NCBI GenBank assembly: GCA_964536725.1
Contig: CAZHYJ010000001.1
Location: 53,018-117,017 of the forward strand
Direction: 5' to 3'
DNA from: an uncultured Gammaproteobacteria bacterium
Lineage (GTDB): Bacteria; Patescibacteriota; Patescibacteriia; Magasanikbacterales; GWA2-37-8
Length of the DNA stretch: 64,000 nucleotides
Shown here: positions 28,159-38,541 of the stretch, piece after piece
Numbering within the stretch: the first letter of the stretch is position 1
Layout: every line of letters starts with the position of its first letter
Notes under the pieces: model-generated
What the model was told of the DNA's origin: nothing
The model's input: only the letters and a program-made list of their open reading frames with translations
The model's database searches: none
Position numbers and translations under genes: made by a program

Positions 28159-28192
28159 TTAATCGTCCGTTTTTGTTTTTAAATTATAGAGT

Positions 28193-28495
28193 ATGTGGGA
28201 ATTTAAATGGGGGTTGTTTAAGAGTCATACTTGGCCAAAATGGGAGAAGGGGTTAAAATTCTTTGCGATTTGTTTGGTCGTTGCGTTGCTTTTAAGTTTT
28301 TTTTCTACCAGTGAGGAAGATTATATTTGTGAATCAGAACCACTTTTTGGTCAGAACTGCGGATTGGGCAAATCTTTTAACGGTGATTGGGCCGGTGTTT
28401 TGGTCAAGGGTGTTGGCCTTTGTATGTTTGGTACTTTTTCGCAGATTTATCTGAACAGTTTTAAAAAAGACAAAAATAAGGAATTGAGACCATAG
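28193..28495 (+). CDS. Small membrane protein
   Basis: Two hydrophobic segments. Confidence 0.55.
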   Translation: MWEFKWGLFKSHTWPKWEKGLKFFAICLVVALLLSFFSTSEEDYICESEPLFGQNCGLGKSFNGDWAGVLVKGVGLCMFGTFSQIYLNSFKKDKNKELRP

Positions 28496-28645
28496 CATAT
28501 TCCCTTGCCCTCCCACGGTATCTTTCTTGCGCCAGAGAGTATCTGGGGTTGTCTAAATAGCATGAACACCGCAAAGAGCAAAAGAAAAACAAAGGAAACG
28601 GTAGAGACGATTAAGACGGTATAAAAACAAATTTTATATATTTAT

Positions 28646-29098
28646 ATGGAAATCACTATATCTAAAAAAAATCTAATAGTTGTACTCTGTACAATAATAA
28701 TCGCATTGGTTGTCGGTGTCGGTTATTTTTTGAGGACGAGTCGGTCTAATGATAGGGTTGATAGAGAAGTTGAAGAAATGTTCAGGAGAATAGAGAGCGG
28801 GGAGAAGACCAAAGGAGAGAAGCTCTTGCTGAACTACTATAATAAAAAAAATCAACATGATATTCTAATATCAGAAGATTACGCTTCGGTTGTGCTTAAC
28901 ACCGAAAAGTGTTTTATGGTTGACCCGAAAGATCCAGAATGTTGGTTTGCTCGCGCGGTGGCTTTAGATCAGCTTGGAAAATCAGAGGAGGCACTGACGG
29001 CATTATGGAATGTGGCTGAATATGCCACCGGCACACGTAAAGATCAAGCTTTAAGTATTCTCGCCTCAAGACTAATGGCATCATCTACTAAGGAATAA
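28646..29098 (+). CDS. Membrane-anchored TPR-like protein
   Basis: DPKDPECWFARAVALDQLGKSEEAL. Confidence 0.65.
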   Translation: MEITISKKNLIVVLCTIIIALVVGVGYFLRTSRSNDRVDREVEEMFRRIESGEKTKGEKLLLNYYNKKNQHDILISEDYASVVLNTEKCFMVDPKDPECWFARAVALDQLGKSEEALTALWNVAEYATGTRKDQALSILASRLMASSTKE

Positions 29099-29255
29099 AT
29101 TAGGATGTGACATTTCGGACAATTCGGACAGTTTGGACGAGCTCGGGTCATACTGAGCGGCTATTCAAGAGTTTATTTGATTACTTAGTTGTTTACACGT
29201 TAAGCAATAACAGGCCTGTTAAGGGTGTTTTTTTAATTGACTTTAAAAAAAACAA

Positions 29256-30851
29256 ATGATAAAGTATATTTTAATATTATTTATTTTAATTATGATACGA
29301 GCAGAGGAGTACAAAGATCTTATTGAGTCGTTAACGATAGGCGCGAATGTTGCCGAACAGGATTCTTTTTTGGAAGCAGCCAAAGTAGAGACGCCAATAC
29401 TGAACGATTTTCTTGCGGATAAAGTGGATTTTATCTTAGGATCAAAGGGGTCTGGCAAAACCTCTATATTTAGGTTGACTCAAGCATTAAGAGACCCTCT
29501 ATTATCTAAGGCACGTCTTCATTTAATTACGGGGGTAGAGCCTCAGGGCAATGCCGTTTTTGATTTATTTAAAAGAGACTTTGAATCTTTTTCAGAGTCG
29601 GAATTTGAAAATTTTTGGAAAATTTATTTTATTAATTTGGTTTATAATGATTTCATAACTAATGATTCGTTTACTGCGCAATTAAAATCCTGTAAATCAG
29701 AAATAGAGGAACTGATAAAAGAATGTGCGAGAATAGGGGTGCCTCAGATTACCCGTAATTCTAGCCTGTCTGAGATAGTGCAAAAAACAATTGCTGCGAT
29801 AAATTCAAAAAGAATCAAGAAAATAAAAGTAAGTGCAATTACTGATGCTAACCAGCCTTCGTTGTTTACATCAACAGCCGAAATGGAGTTTGAACACAAA
29901 GACAACAATGTTTACAAAGAAAAAAATGATCTTCCTGTTTATGTAAATAAGATAGGACTTATTCTGGAGGGGTTACTTAAAAAAACCAACATCAGAATCT
30001 GGGTCCTTTTAGATCGCCTCGATGTTGTGTTCGAGCATGGTAGTCGGCTCGAATTTTTTGCGTTAAGGGGATTGTTAAGAGCGTATGAGAGTTTTCAAGT
30101 CAGTGCGGGTAGTCCGTTTAAATTTTTAAGAATTAAGATTTTTTTGCGTGATGATATCTTTGAGTTTCTTTTAAATCCAAATCAATTCAAGAGAATCTCA
30201 ACTTACAAGGTCGCTAAAAGCTTACCGGCTTTAACCCATATAACTTCTAGAGCAACTAAAACACCCCTGAGATGGACTAAAGGAGAAATTCAGCAACTAA
30301 TGCTTAAACGGTTATTTATCTCTCCCTTGTTGCGGACTTATTTTAAAACGAGTATTGCGGAGTTGAATAATGAAAAAACTAGAAATGATGTTTGGGATAC
30401 GTTGTTTGGTAAAAAAATTGAACCAGGAGATAAAAAACCCGATTCCTTATCTTGGATTTACGCGAGATTAAGTGATGCACGACAAGTTACCCCACGATCA
30501 GCAATAGATTTTTTAGAGGGTGTTATATTCGAACAAAATAGGTTATTTAAGCTCGACAGTATAGAACAAGAGAGGTTTTTTTCTCCTTCCGCCGTTAAAC
30601 ATGGAATAGTTACAGCATCTAAAGAAAAGTACGGCAAGGAAACAAAAAATGAATACATAAAGATTGTTCCATATATAGAAAAAATAAGGGGGAGTAGCGC
30701 TCAGATAAGTAATCCAGATAAAATATTTGGAGATAATTATCTTGAGATTATGACAGAATTGGAAAAAATTGGCTTATTGTATAAGGTTGGTGATAATTAC
30801 AAAGTTTCATTTATTTTTCGTGCCGCTTTGGATGTTCACCCGCAATTTTAA
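29256..30851 (+). CDS. P-loop ATPase (FunZ/Sll1717-like); true start probably near 29292
   Basis: GSKGSGKT, WVLLDRLD, IKIFLRDDI, TPR motif. Confidence 0.75.
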   Translation: MIKYILILFILIMIRAEEYKDLIESLTIGANVAEQDSFLEAAKVETPILNDFLADKVDFILGSKGSGKTSIFRLTQALRDPLLSKARLHLITGVEPQGNAVFDLFKRDFESFSESEFENFWKIYFINLVYNDFITNDSFTAQLKSCKSEIEELIKECARIGVPQITRNSSLSEIVQKTIAAINSKRIKKIKVSAITDANQPSLFTSTAEMEFEHKDNNVYKEKNDLPVYVNKIGLILEGLLKKTNIRIWVLLDRLDVVFEHGSRLEFFALRGLLRAYESFQVSAGSPFKFLRIKIFLRDDIFEFLLNPNQFKRISTYKVAKSLPALTHITSRATKTPLRWTKGEIQQLMLKRLFISPLLRTYFKTSIAELNNEKTRNDVWDTLFGKKIEPGDKKPDSLSWIYARLSDARQVTPRSAIDFLEGVIFEQNRLFKLDSIEQERFFSPSAVKHGIVTASKEKYGKETKNEYIKIVPYIEKIRGSSAQISNPDKIFGDNYLEIMTELEKIGLLYKVGDNYKVSFIFRAALDVHPQF

Positions 30852-30994
30852 GTAATCGGCCGAAGTCTCCATTTTAGTAGAGTTAAAAGAATTTATCTTA
30901 ATCGATCTCTGAAGCAAGTTCGAATGTCATCTAACACCCGCAACAAATAAAAAATGACCTAATGGCCATTTTTTATTTTTATATATTTTTTGTT

Positions 30995-32047
30995 TTAGTT
31001 GTTATTTAACTCATTGTGGTAGTACTGCTCATACATATCCCAAAAAGCCATAAATAGAGCGGCGATGATTGGGCCGATGATAAAACCAGAAGCGCCAAAT
31101 ACAACGATACCGCCTAGTGTGGAGAATAGGACTAATAAAGGATGTATTTGGATATCTTTTCCAACCAACACGGGTCGTAAGAAATTATCAATAGTGCTGA
31201 TAAGCAAAGCCCCTACCACCAAGATTGTTATTCCTTGCCAAGTGCTGCCGGTTAGAAGAACAATCATTCCAGTCGGAAACCAGACGATAAACGAACCAAG
31301 ACCTGGAATCACGCAGAACAACATCATAATTATACCCCAGATAAGCGCACCGGGTATGCCGGTAAGGGTAAACAATATTACACCCAGTCCTCCTTGTATT
31401 GCACCCAAGATTAAATTACCTTTAATAGTGGCGCGAGCAGTAGAAGTAAAACGATTGTAAAGTTGTTGTTCGTAGTTATCACCAAGTGGACAGAGATGCA
31501 TTAGTTTGCGTAAAAGTTTTTCGCCATCACGCAATAAAAAGAACAATGCGTAGAACATGACGATAAACATTATTATGAAAGTAACCGAATCTTGGGTGAA
31601 AGCAGTGGCTGATTCAATCAAGAAGGTAGTCGTTTTTTGTGCCACTTCAGAAAATTTTTCTACCCAAAAAGTGTCGTTAAAATTGATCTGTCTGGTCAGT
31701 GGGTTGTTTTGTATCCAGTGGGTAATATTTTGAGCAGTTTGGGTTATCTGTTCACGATTTCCATTGATTGATGAGTATAGATCAACAGATTGTTTGAGTA
31801 CCAATGTTCCAAGTACACTAAAAGGAATGACGATCACCAAAAAAACTGCTGCCAAAGTGATAATAGAGCTTAGGTCGGGGTGTTTTAATTTGGTGTTTAA
31901 CCAGCGATACACGGGATAAAAAATCGCGGCAATTACCATTGCCCAAAAAATTGGGTAGACAAACACTTTGATGGTAGATAAAAATGCGATAGTGATAGCG
32001 GCAAGTAACAGTAAAAAAAGATAGTTGCGAACTTTAGAAAAATCCAT
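30995..32047 (-). CDS. AI-2E family transporter
   Basis: Multi-TM; IDNFLRP, HPLLVLFSTLGG..FG..GFIIGP. Confidence 0.9.
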   Translation of the reverse strand: MDFSKVRNYLFLLLLAAITIAFLSTIKVFVYPIFWAMVIAAIFYPVYRWLNTKLKHPDLSSIITLAAVFLVIVIPFSVLGTLVLKQSVDLYSSINGNREQITQTAQNITHWIQNNPLTRQINFNDTFWVEKFSEVAQKTTTFLIESATAFTQDSVTFIIMFIVMFYALFFLLRDGEKLLRKLMHLCPLGDNYEQQLYNRFTSTARATIKGNLILGAIQGGLGVILFTLTGIPGALIWGIIMMLFCVIPGLGSFIVWFPTGMIVLLTGSTWQGITILVVGALLISTIDNFLRPVLVGKDIQIHPLLVLFSTLGGIVVFGASGFIIGPIIAALFMAFWDMYEQYYHNELNNN

Positions 32048-32075
32048 ATATTTTTTATTTAAAAATCTTTTACTA

Positions 32076-33515
32076 TTATACCTTATTTATGCCTTCTTCG
32101 GCAACCACATTTGGCGACAAAATCATTTTTAGTGTATTCCACGAGATTATTCTCAGTCCTAAAACAAGTAATGTGTAGGATAAAATACCAACGGCGGTAC
32201 TAATCAGCAAAGAGTTAGCGGGAAATTTAACTACAACCACCCCCATTAACACACTGGCCAAAGTAATTTTTGCCAGGGTGAGAATCTTGGGCAATGTTTT
32301 ACTAGCGTGGGTTACAAGGATAAACAGTAAAAGACTGGAATATATTTCGGAAAAAATTGTCACGCCGACTGCACCCCAAACTCCAAAGCGAGGGATGAAG
32401 ATAAAATAGCCGATGATACTTAAAATGGCGTTACTGCCATAAATCCAGAGGGCTTGGCGTTGGCGGTTTAAGGCGAGAGCGGTATAACCGAAAGTAACAC
32501 CAAAACAGATGCCGAGAATGGAAAGGGCAAGGTAGCGCAAGATGTTACCGGAGCCAATAAATTTTTCGCTAGCAACGAAACTCATAATTGGTTCGGCTTT
32601 GATGACAATGCCAACTAAGAGAGGAAACAGTACTAGGGCAGTTAGGTTGATTGCCAAGCGATAGCGTTCTTTAAATTCTTCGGTTTGTTCGCGTGACCAG
32701 GCGAAAGTGATGAGCGGTAACATTATTCCCATTATCAAAGTGGCGATTTGGATAACAATGTCTAAAACACGATAGGCGGCACCGTAGAGTCCGACCAAAG
32801 TTTGGGAGACGAATAGCGGTAGGATCACGCGATCACCCTGGAGATAAAAAGAGTTGAAAATAACCGCCGTGGCATTGGGCCATATTTTTTTGTAAATTGC
32901 TTTGGATATTTCTCGGTCAAGAGAAAATCGTACGGGTTCGCTTTTGTACCAGAGATAAAAAAAGTTCAGGATTGACCCAAGAGCAACAATCGCCATGATC
33001 CAGAGGAAGCCCCAGTTGAAGCTGAAAGCGAGTACCACACCAACTAGCAAAGCGATACGGCCGATGATTTCTCCGATGGCCACAAAATTGGTTTTGATTT
33101 TCGCTTGATAGTAGCCGATGAAGGATTGATTAAGAGCAAGGGCAAAGAAAGAGACGGCGGCAATTAGTACGGCGATCTTTACTTGGGGTGGATAAGGAAA
33201 GAAAAAAATCGAAAGTGGAGCGAGGCCATTAAATATTAGGGCAGTCAAAAACCGCCAGGTGAAGAGAGTGTTAAATAGTTTTCTTTTATCAAATGTCGGT
33301 TCGGATAACATGTTGGCGGTGGTGACGGTAAAGCCGAAATCAGACAGTAGGCCAATGAATTGCAAAAAGCCGACAGCAGTGGTGTACCAACCAAATTGTT
33401 CCACACCCAAATAGCGGGTCATTACCATGACGGCCGCGATGCCAAGAACGGTGCTGATTATTTTTCCACCAATTTGGAAACTAGTGTTTAAAGCGATTTT
33501 TCGTAGTGTTTGCAT
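32076..33515 (-). CDS. Flippase (Wzx/MOP superfamily)
   Basis: TRYLGVEQFG, DFGF, GLYGAAYR; many TM segments. Confidence 0.88.
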   Translation of the reverse strand: MQTLRKIALNTSFQIGGKIISTVLGIAAVMVMTRYLGVEQFGWYTTAVGFLQFIGLLSDFGFTVTTANMLSEPTFDKRKLFNTLFTWRFLTALIFNGLAPLSIFFFPYPPQVKIAVLIAAVSFFALALNQSFIGYYQAKIKTNFVAIGEIIGRIALLVGVVLAFSFNWGFLWIMAIVALGSILNFFYLWYKSEPVRFSLDREISKAIYKKIWPNATAVIFNSFYLQGDRVILPLFVSQTLVGLYGAAYRVLDIVIQIATLIMGIMLPLITFAWSREQTEEFKERYRLAINLTALVLFPLLVGIVIKAEPIMSFVASEKFIGSGNILRYLALSILGICFGVTFGYTALALNRQRQALWIYGSNAILSIIGYFIFIPRFGVWGAVGVTIFSEIYSSLLLFILVTHASKTLPKILTLAKITLASVLMGVVVVKFPANSLLISTAVGILSYTLLVLGLRIISWNTLKMILSPNVVAEEGINKV

Positions 33516-33612
33516 ACTTTATGAAGTTAAGTATAGCTGATAAACCGTTTTTTTTCAATAAAAAGGCCAATTTAAAAAGTGTGGTATAATATACAGGTAA
33601 CATATATTACTT

Positions 33613-35697
33613 ATGCAAAGATTTTTTTTGGCCCTTATCATCTTTCTCTCAGTTTTTTCCTTTACTTCAGTCGCCTCGGCGGCGGAGTTTAAAATACCAA
33701 CTTTTCGGGACAAAAGCTACGCGGGCAAGTATGTGAGCCAATCGATCGCCGATCCGGTTGCGATGGAGGCGGGTAGTACCAAAGAGGTGATTTTGAAAAT
33801 TAAAAATACTGGTCAGACCACTTGGAAGGCAACGGGTGCTAATTATGTTTCAGTTTATACCGTTGATCCCAATTATCGCGCTAGTGTTTTTTATGACAGC
33901 AACAGTTGGGTACACAACGATCAGCCGGCAAAATTAAAAGCCGATACTAAGCCGGGAGCAATTGGTGAGTTTCGGATAAAGTTAAAAGCACCGACCAAGT
34001 TGGGAGATTATCAGGAGAGATTTTATCTAGTCGCAGAAAACAAAACCTGGATTCAGGGATCATATTTTTTCTTAAAAATTAAAGTGACGAAAGGTACGAG
34101 CGCAGTAGTGGTAAAATTCACCAAGACATTAAGTTTGGGTATGTCTGATAGTATGGTCGCTGAATTGCAAAAATTTTTAAAAAATTTAGGATATTTTAAT
34201 CATCCATATATCACCAACTATTTTGGTTCAGTGACCAAAGCGGCATTGGTGCAATATCAAAACGAAAACAAACTCAGCCCTACCGGTATCTTGGATTTGG
34301 CAACCAGGGAAAAAATGAATGGAGTGGAAAAAGACACTACTGTTACAACAGGAAATGAATCTAGTACTGGTGGTAACTCGGCTGGTGAAGAGGTGGCGGC
34401 GGACACCGGGGAATATGTTTCACATTTGCTAGCTTTTTCGGCGCGCAGTTTGGAAATATCCCGCGGCGGTGATAGTGTTAATTTTATCGTACGTTATACC
34501 AATGATGGCACCAAAGAATGGAACAAATACACTTGGCAGGAAGCGGGTAGTGTTGCGCTAAACAATTCTTCAGCACCAAATATCTCTGATCCCAGTTGGC
34601 AATCGCGCAAATTGATTGAATCAGGCAGCAACGTGATTAAGTTGGGCGCTCCGCTAGAATTTGGTTTCGCTTTCCGTGCTCCGCGTTTGGCTGGTGACTA
34701 CATCTTACGTTTTCAATTGATAGCGAATGATCACACGACGTCAGGTGGTACTTTGGAATTGCCAGTTAAAGTTTTGGCGGATGCACCCAGTGATTTTCAA
34801 GAAACTGTGTGGCAGACAGCGCGTACTTTGATCAGTGAACCGAATGTTCGGGTGGGTTTGTATAAAACAGATGAGGCAGTAAAGTTTAAAGCCAATTTTC
34901 GTTATGAAGTATTAGCAGATGGTGTGTCGAAGGGTTGGTTGGAACCAAATGAAACAGCGACCTTGTCATATACCCAAGGGGTGTACAGCTTCCTGGGTGG
35001 CGCAGTAGAGTTCTCCGGGCATGGTTTTATCCGACTTGTTCCCGAAGACAAAGGAGCGTATTTTACTTTAACAAACTACAATCGTCCGGTTTCTTGGAAA
35101 GGTAATAAAAATTTTAATATCTATCGTGGTACTTTAGAATATGTCTATTCTCCCAAAAGTGCTCTGCCGTATATAATCAACGAATTACCATTAGATGCAT
35201 ATATTGCCGGTATTGGTGAAACATCTAATGGCGCAGCGATGGAATATATCAAAGCCGTTTTGGTGGCAGCGCGCAGTTATGCATATAATAGTATCCGAGC
35301 GGGTGTCTCTTCAGCTCAACCTAGTTTTGATGTTTTTCCCACGACAGTTGATCAACTGTATTTGGGTTACAATTCGGAAGTGTTGATGCCACGGGTGGTG
35401 CAGGCGGCACAGGCAACATATGGTGAGATGGTAACCTACAACAATAACCCAGTCACTACACCATATTTCGGCAACTCCAACGGTAAAACTCGGGGGTGGA
35501 AAGAAGTTTGGGGTGGGACAGACAAACCGTGGTTACAACCAGTTGATTGTATCTATGATGTGGGCAAAAGTATGTTCGGCCATGGTGTGGGCATGAGTGC
35601 CTATGACGCTTCGCGTCGTGCAGCCGAAGATGGTTGGACGTATGATCAGATTTTAAAATATTATTATACCGGTGTGGGGGTGGAGCGGGTGTATTAA
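33613..35697 (+). CDS. SpoIID/LytB-domain protein with Ig-like and peptidoglycan-binding domains
   Basis: YFGSVTKAALVQYQ; KAVLVAARSY; GHGVGMS...ILKYYYTG. Confidence 0.85.
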   Translation: MQRFFLALIIFLSVFSFTSVASAAEFKIPTFRDKSYAGKYVSQSIADPVAMEAGSTKEVILKIKNTGQTTWKATGANYVSVYTVDPNYRASVFYDSNSWVHNDQPAKLKADTKPGAIGEFRIKLKAPTKLGDYQERFYLVAENKTWIQGSYFFLKIKVTKGTSAVVVKFTKTLSLGMSDSMVAELQKFLKNLGYFNHPYITNYFGSVTKAALVQYQNENKLSPTGILDLATREKMNGVEKDTTVTTGNESSTGGNSAGEEVAADTGEYVSHLLAFSARSLEISRGGDSVNFIVRYTNDGTKEWNKYTWQEAGSVALNNSSAPNISDPSWQSRKLIESGSNVIKLGAPLEFGFAFRAPRLAGDYILRFQLIANDHTTSGGTLELPVKVLADAPSDFQETVWQTARTLISEPNVRVGLYKTDEAVKFKANFRYEVLADGVSKGWLEPNETATLSYTQGVYSFLGGAVEFSGHGFIRLVPEDKGAYFTLTNYNRPVSWKGNKNFNIYRGTLEYVYSPKSALPYIINELPLDAYIAGIGETSNGAAMEYIKAVLVAARSYAYNSIRAGVSSAQPSFDVFPTTVDQLYLGYNSEVLMPRVVQAAQATYGEMVTYNNNPVTTPYFGNSNGKTRGWKEVWGGTDKPWLQPVDCIYDVGKSMFGHGVGMSAYDASRRAAEDGWTYDQILKYYYTGVGVERVY

Positions 35698-35744
35698 AAT
35701 ATTGGGTAATAAAAAACAGAGATTAGTCTCTGTTTTTTTGTCTG

Positions 35745-36290
35745 TTATTTCCCTTGCCCTGCATGATACCGCTTGTCTGCACTGGATAAATCTAGAAGCA
35801 GTTGGCGTAATTCGTGTGGATTAGGGGTGTTGTGAATAATAAATTTTGGGACTGGTCCAGCGGTTTGTAAAGTAAGTGTGCCATAGTTAAAAATGGACGG
35901 AAAGAATCCCTCTATTTCAGAGGTAGCATCTTGAATTTGGTAAAGATCCAACTCAGAAATCGATTTGGCGAACAAACTGATTTGACGTATGTCAACCAAA
36001 CGATCGTTGGTGATCACCCACATGTCTAAATAGAAAGCGACAAAATATGAATAGAAAAAAAGGCAGATACAGAGGTAGTATGTACTACCAAACAAGACCA
36101 TAATAGGATAAAAAATGTTTCCAGATATTAATGTTGGAAACATAGTGTTGATTAACCAAAAAACACCCACTGGCATCGCGGCTAGAATTATGAACACCGC
36201 AACATAGGGAATAAATGTAACCGGTGAACGGCGCACAGTTTTGATGATTTGTTCGTAGGATTTTTTATGGATAAATTCTATTAAGTTCAT
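35745..36290 (-). CDS. Membrane protein with bacterial PH domain
   Basis: WVITNDRLVD...IQD...FNYGTLTLQTAG. Confidence 0.8.
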   Translation of the reverse strand: MNLIEFIHKKSYEQIIKTVRRSPVTFIPYVAVFIILAAMPVGVFWLINTMFPTLISGNIFYPIMVLFGSTYYLCICLFFYSYFVAFYLDMWVITNDRLVDIRQISLFAKSISELDLYQIQDATSEIEGFFPSIFNYGTLTLQTAGPVPKFIIHNTPNPHELRQLLLDLSSADKRYHAGQGK

Positions 36291-36317
36291 ATTAGCGAAT
36301 ATATATTTAGGTTTATC

Positions 36318-36391
36318 TTTTTTAAAACATTTGTTTCGGTGCCGCGGTCGCTGTGACGCTTCCTAGGCACCTCAACAAAAATTTTAAAAAA
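36318..36391. repeat. Palindromic intergenic repeat, family P1
   Basis: Homologs at 60386-60453 and (inverted) 60461-60536. Confidence 0.75.
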
Positions 36392-36394
36392 TCT

Positions 36395-36655
36395 TTAGTA
36401 TATTATTGACGCGTCGCTTTTAAACCAGTTGGTAATTTCCCAAGTGTCAGTCCAGTTTACATTCTGCAGTAAAAACCAAGTGGCAAATAATATGAAAACG
36501 GTGAAAACAAGGATGATGGCAGTTACGATAAAACTAACAAAAGTAATACTGCCAGTTTGAAAAATGTGAGTAAAGTTAATGATTGAGAAGGTGAGGAAGA
36601 TTAGTAAAAAGAAAAAATAGGCAAAGAGGAAAACGTAAATAGGGATGGAAATCAT
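36395..36655 (-). CDS. Small membrane protein
   Basis: Two TM helices, downstream of ruvB. Confidence 0.65.
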   Translation of the reverse strand: MISIPIYVFLFAYFFFLLIFLTFSIINFTHIFQTGSITFVSFIVTAIILVFTVFILFATWFLLQNVNWTDTWEITNWFKSDASIIY

Positions 36656-36664
36656 AGTGTGTTT

Positions 36665-37705
36665 TTAAACGTTAATGTTGGTTTGTGTAGGTGGAACAAT
36701 ATGTCCCAAATGTTTGTAAGCAGCAGGAGAAGCTTTGCGACCACGTGGGGTACGTTCCAAAAATCCCAACTGTAACAGATAGGGCTCGTAAACAGTTTCG
36801 ATGGTGTCCATTTCTTCGGCGACCGATGCGGCTAGGGTATTTAAGCCAGTTGGTCCGCCATTAAATTTTTCGATTAGGGTATTTAAAAGCTGGCGATCAA
36901 TTTCGTCTAATCCCAGTTCGTCAATTGCCAACATTTCTAAAGCACTGTCGGCGGCGTGTTGGTTGATAACCGCATCGGTGTGCACTTCGGCATAATCGCG
37001 GACACGTTTTAAAAGGCGATTAGCGATGCGGGGAGTGCGGCGAGCGCGAGTGGAGATCAATTTGACTGCCACTGGTTCAATTTCGATCTGTAACAAGCGG
37101 GCACTACGATTGACAATCGTCTCAATCTCCTCTGGTTCGTAAAAATTTAGATGATAGACATGGCCGAAGCGATCGCGTAGTGGTCCGGGGAGCATGCTCA
37201 TTTTGGTAGTGGCACCAATTAAAGTAAAAGGTGCAATCGGCATACGAATGGTGCGGGCCGCCGGTCCTTGGCCGATGACGATGTCCAGGACAAAGTCTTC
37301 GAGTGCGGGATAGAGCACCTCGGCGATAGTTTTGTTTAAACGGTGAATTTCGTCGATAAAAAGAATGTCGCCCTGTTGGAGGTTGGACAATATTGCGGCC
37401 AAGTCACCAACCTTTTCTAAGGTTGGCCCAGCGATAATTTTAATATTGCTTCCCATCTCACGGGCGATAATATGAGCGAGGGTGGTTTTGCCTAAACCAG
37501 GGTTGCCATAGAGCATAATGTGCTCTAAAACATCGCCACGTTTTTTGGCAGCGGCAAGAGCGATGTCTAAATTCTTTTTGATGTTGTTTTGGCCAACAAA
37601 ATCAGCCAAGGTTTCAGGACGAAGCGCTCGGTCTAAAATATTTTCTTCTGGGCTTTCCTCTGCCGCCACTAAACGGTCGTCAGTATTTGGATTTTTTTCT
37701 TCCAT
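36665..37705 (-). CDS. ruvB: Holliday junction helicase RuvB
   Basis: LRP, GNPGLGKTT, FIDEIHR, LRDRFG, EPYLLQ. Confidence 0.97.
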   Translation of the reverse strand: MEEKNPNTDDRLVAAEESPEENILDRALRPETLADFVGQNNIKKNLDIALAAAKKRGDVLEHIMLYGNPGLGKTTLAHIIAREMGSNIKIIAGPTLEKVGDLAAILSNLQQGDILFIDEIHRLNKTIAEVLYPALEDFVLDIVIGQGPAARTIRMPIAPFTLIGATTKMSMLPGPLRDRFGHVYHLNFYEPEEIETIVNRSARLLQIEIEPVAVKLISTRARRTPRIANRLLKRVRDYAEVHTDAVINQHAADSALEMLAIDELGLDEIDRQLLNTLIEKFNGGPTGLNTLAASVAEEMDTIETVYEPYLLQLGFLERTPRGRKASPAAYKHLGHIVPPTQTNINV

Positions 37706-37754
37706 ATGTTATATTTTATATGTAATTAGATTATTAGTCAAAAAGTGTAGTCCT

Positions 37755-38234
37755 ATGAATGACTTAGAAAATCGCCAGGAAGGTCTATTTCGTAAAACTG
37801 GAGCCGAAGCGCGTGATGTAGGGGTGGAAGGACGCGAAAAACAGGCAGAAGAACAAGAAAAAAAGATGGCCGCCAAGGAGCGGGCCGAGTTGGTGTCAAA
37901 AGAGGTAAAAAGCACCAAACAACAGATGCAGAATATTTTGGCGAACATGCAGGCAGTGGTGAAAGCCGTGCAAGCTATCCGGGCACAGTTGGCAATTAGT
38001 GCCAACGGGTTAATTCCTTCAGTAGAACAGGATCAAAAGACGATGGAAAACTTGCAAAAGAAGTTGGCAGGCTTACGCGGCGAGCTTTCGGGCTTGCGCC
38101 AAGCACTGTTAATCGAAGAAATCGCTCGTTTGGAAGAAGAGGGGCGAATTAGCGACCATCAAACGTTGGAAATTGAAGCCGAAAAGAGTGTTGTAACGAT
38201 GTTAAAGTCGCTCGGAGTAGAAGAAGAGGGATAA
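37755..38234 (+). CDS. Coiled-coil hypothetical protein
   Basis: ATG at 37755 (MNDLEN); upstream ORF extension overlaps ruvB. Confidence 0.6.
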   Translation: MNDLENRQEGLFRKTGAEARDVGVEGREKQAEEQEKKMAAKERAELVSKEVKSTKQQMQNILANMQAVVKAVQAIRAQLAISANGLIPSVEQDQKTMENLQKKLAGLRGELSGLRQALLIEEIARLEEEGRISDHQTLEIEAEKSVVTMLKSLGVEEEG

Positions 38235-38430
38235 ATTTTGGCGAAGGTGTGCTTCGCAACGCCAAAACGACGGCACGCTTCGCATTGCCATAGCCCAAAG
38301 GGCGACGGCTTGTGGATAACTTTGACAAGGGGGAACAGCCGCCTTGTTTTTTTCTCTCAAAATACACCAAAAAACGACTTGTTGGTAGTGGTTTGACGGG
38401 TGTGATATAATGTATGAGCTTTACCTGATT

Positions 38431-38444
38431 TACAACATGTTGTG
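38431..38444. promoter_or_regulatory. Candidate NrdR box
   Basis: Palindrome ACAACATGTTGT upstream of nrdJ; weaker copy near 38460. Confidence 0.5.
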
Positions 38445-38541
38445 GTCAAAAAAGGTTTTAAGCACAAGTTGTAGTTTTTGTTCAGGTGTGCAGATAATTT
38501 AATTAATAAAAAATAATTTTTTACAAATTCATCTTACTCAT

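Larger units (their letters stand above)
22848..30946. mobile_element. Island 2: LSR-encoding integrative element at tRNA-Met
   Basis: 10-bp direct repeat CCCGCAACAA at 22848-22857 and 30937-30946; integrase + replication genes. Confidence 0.88.

Noticed and set aside
7901-30946. Complete prophage or conjugative element
   Set aside because: No capsid, portal, large terminase, tail, relaxase or T4SS genes recognised.
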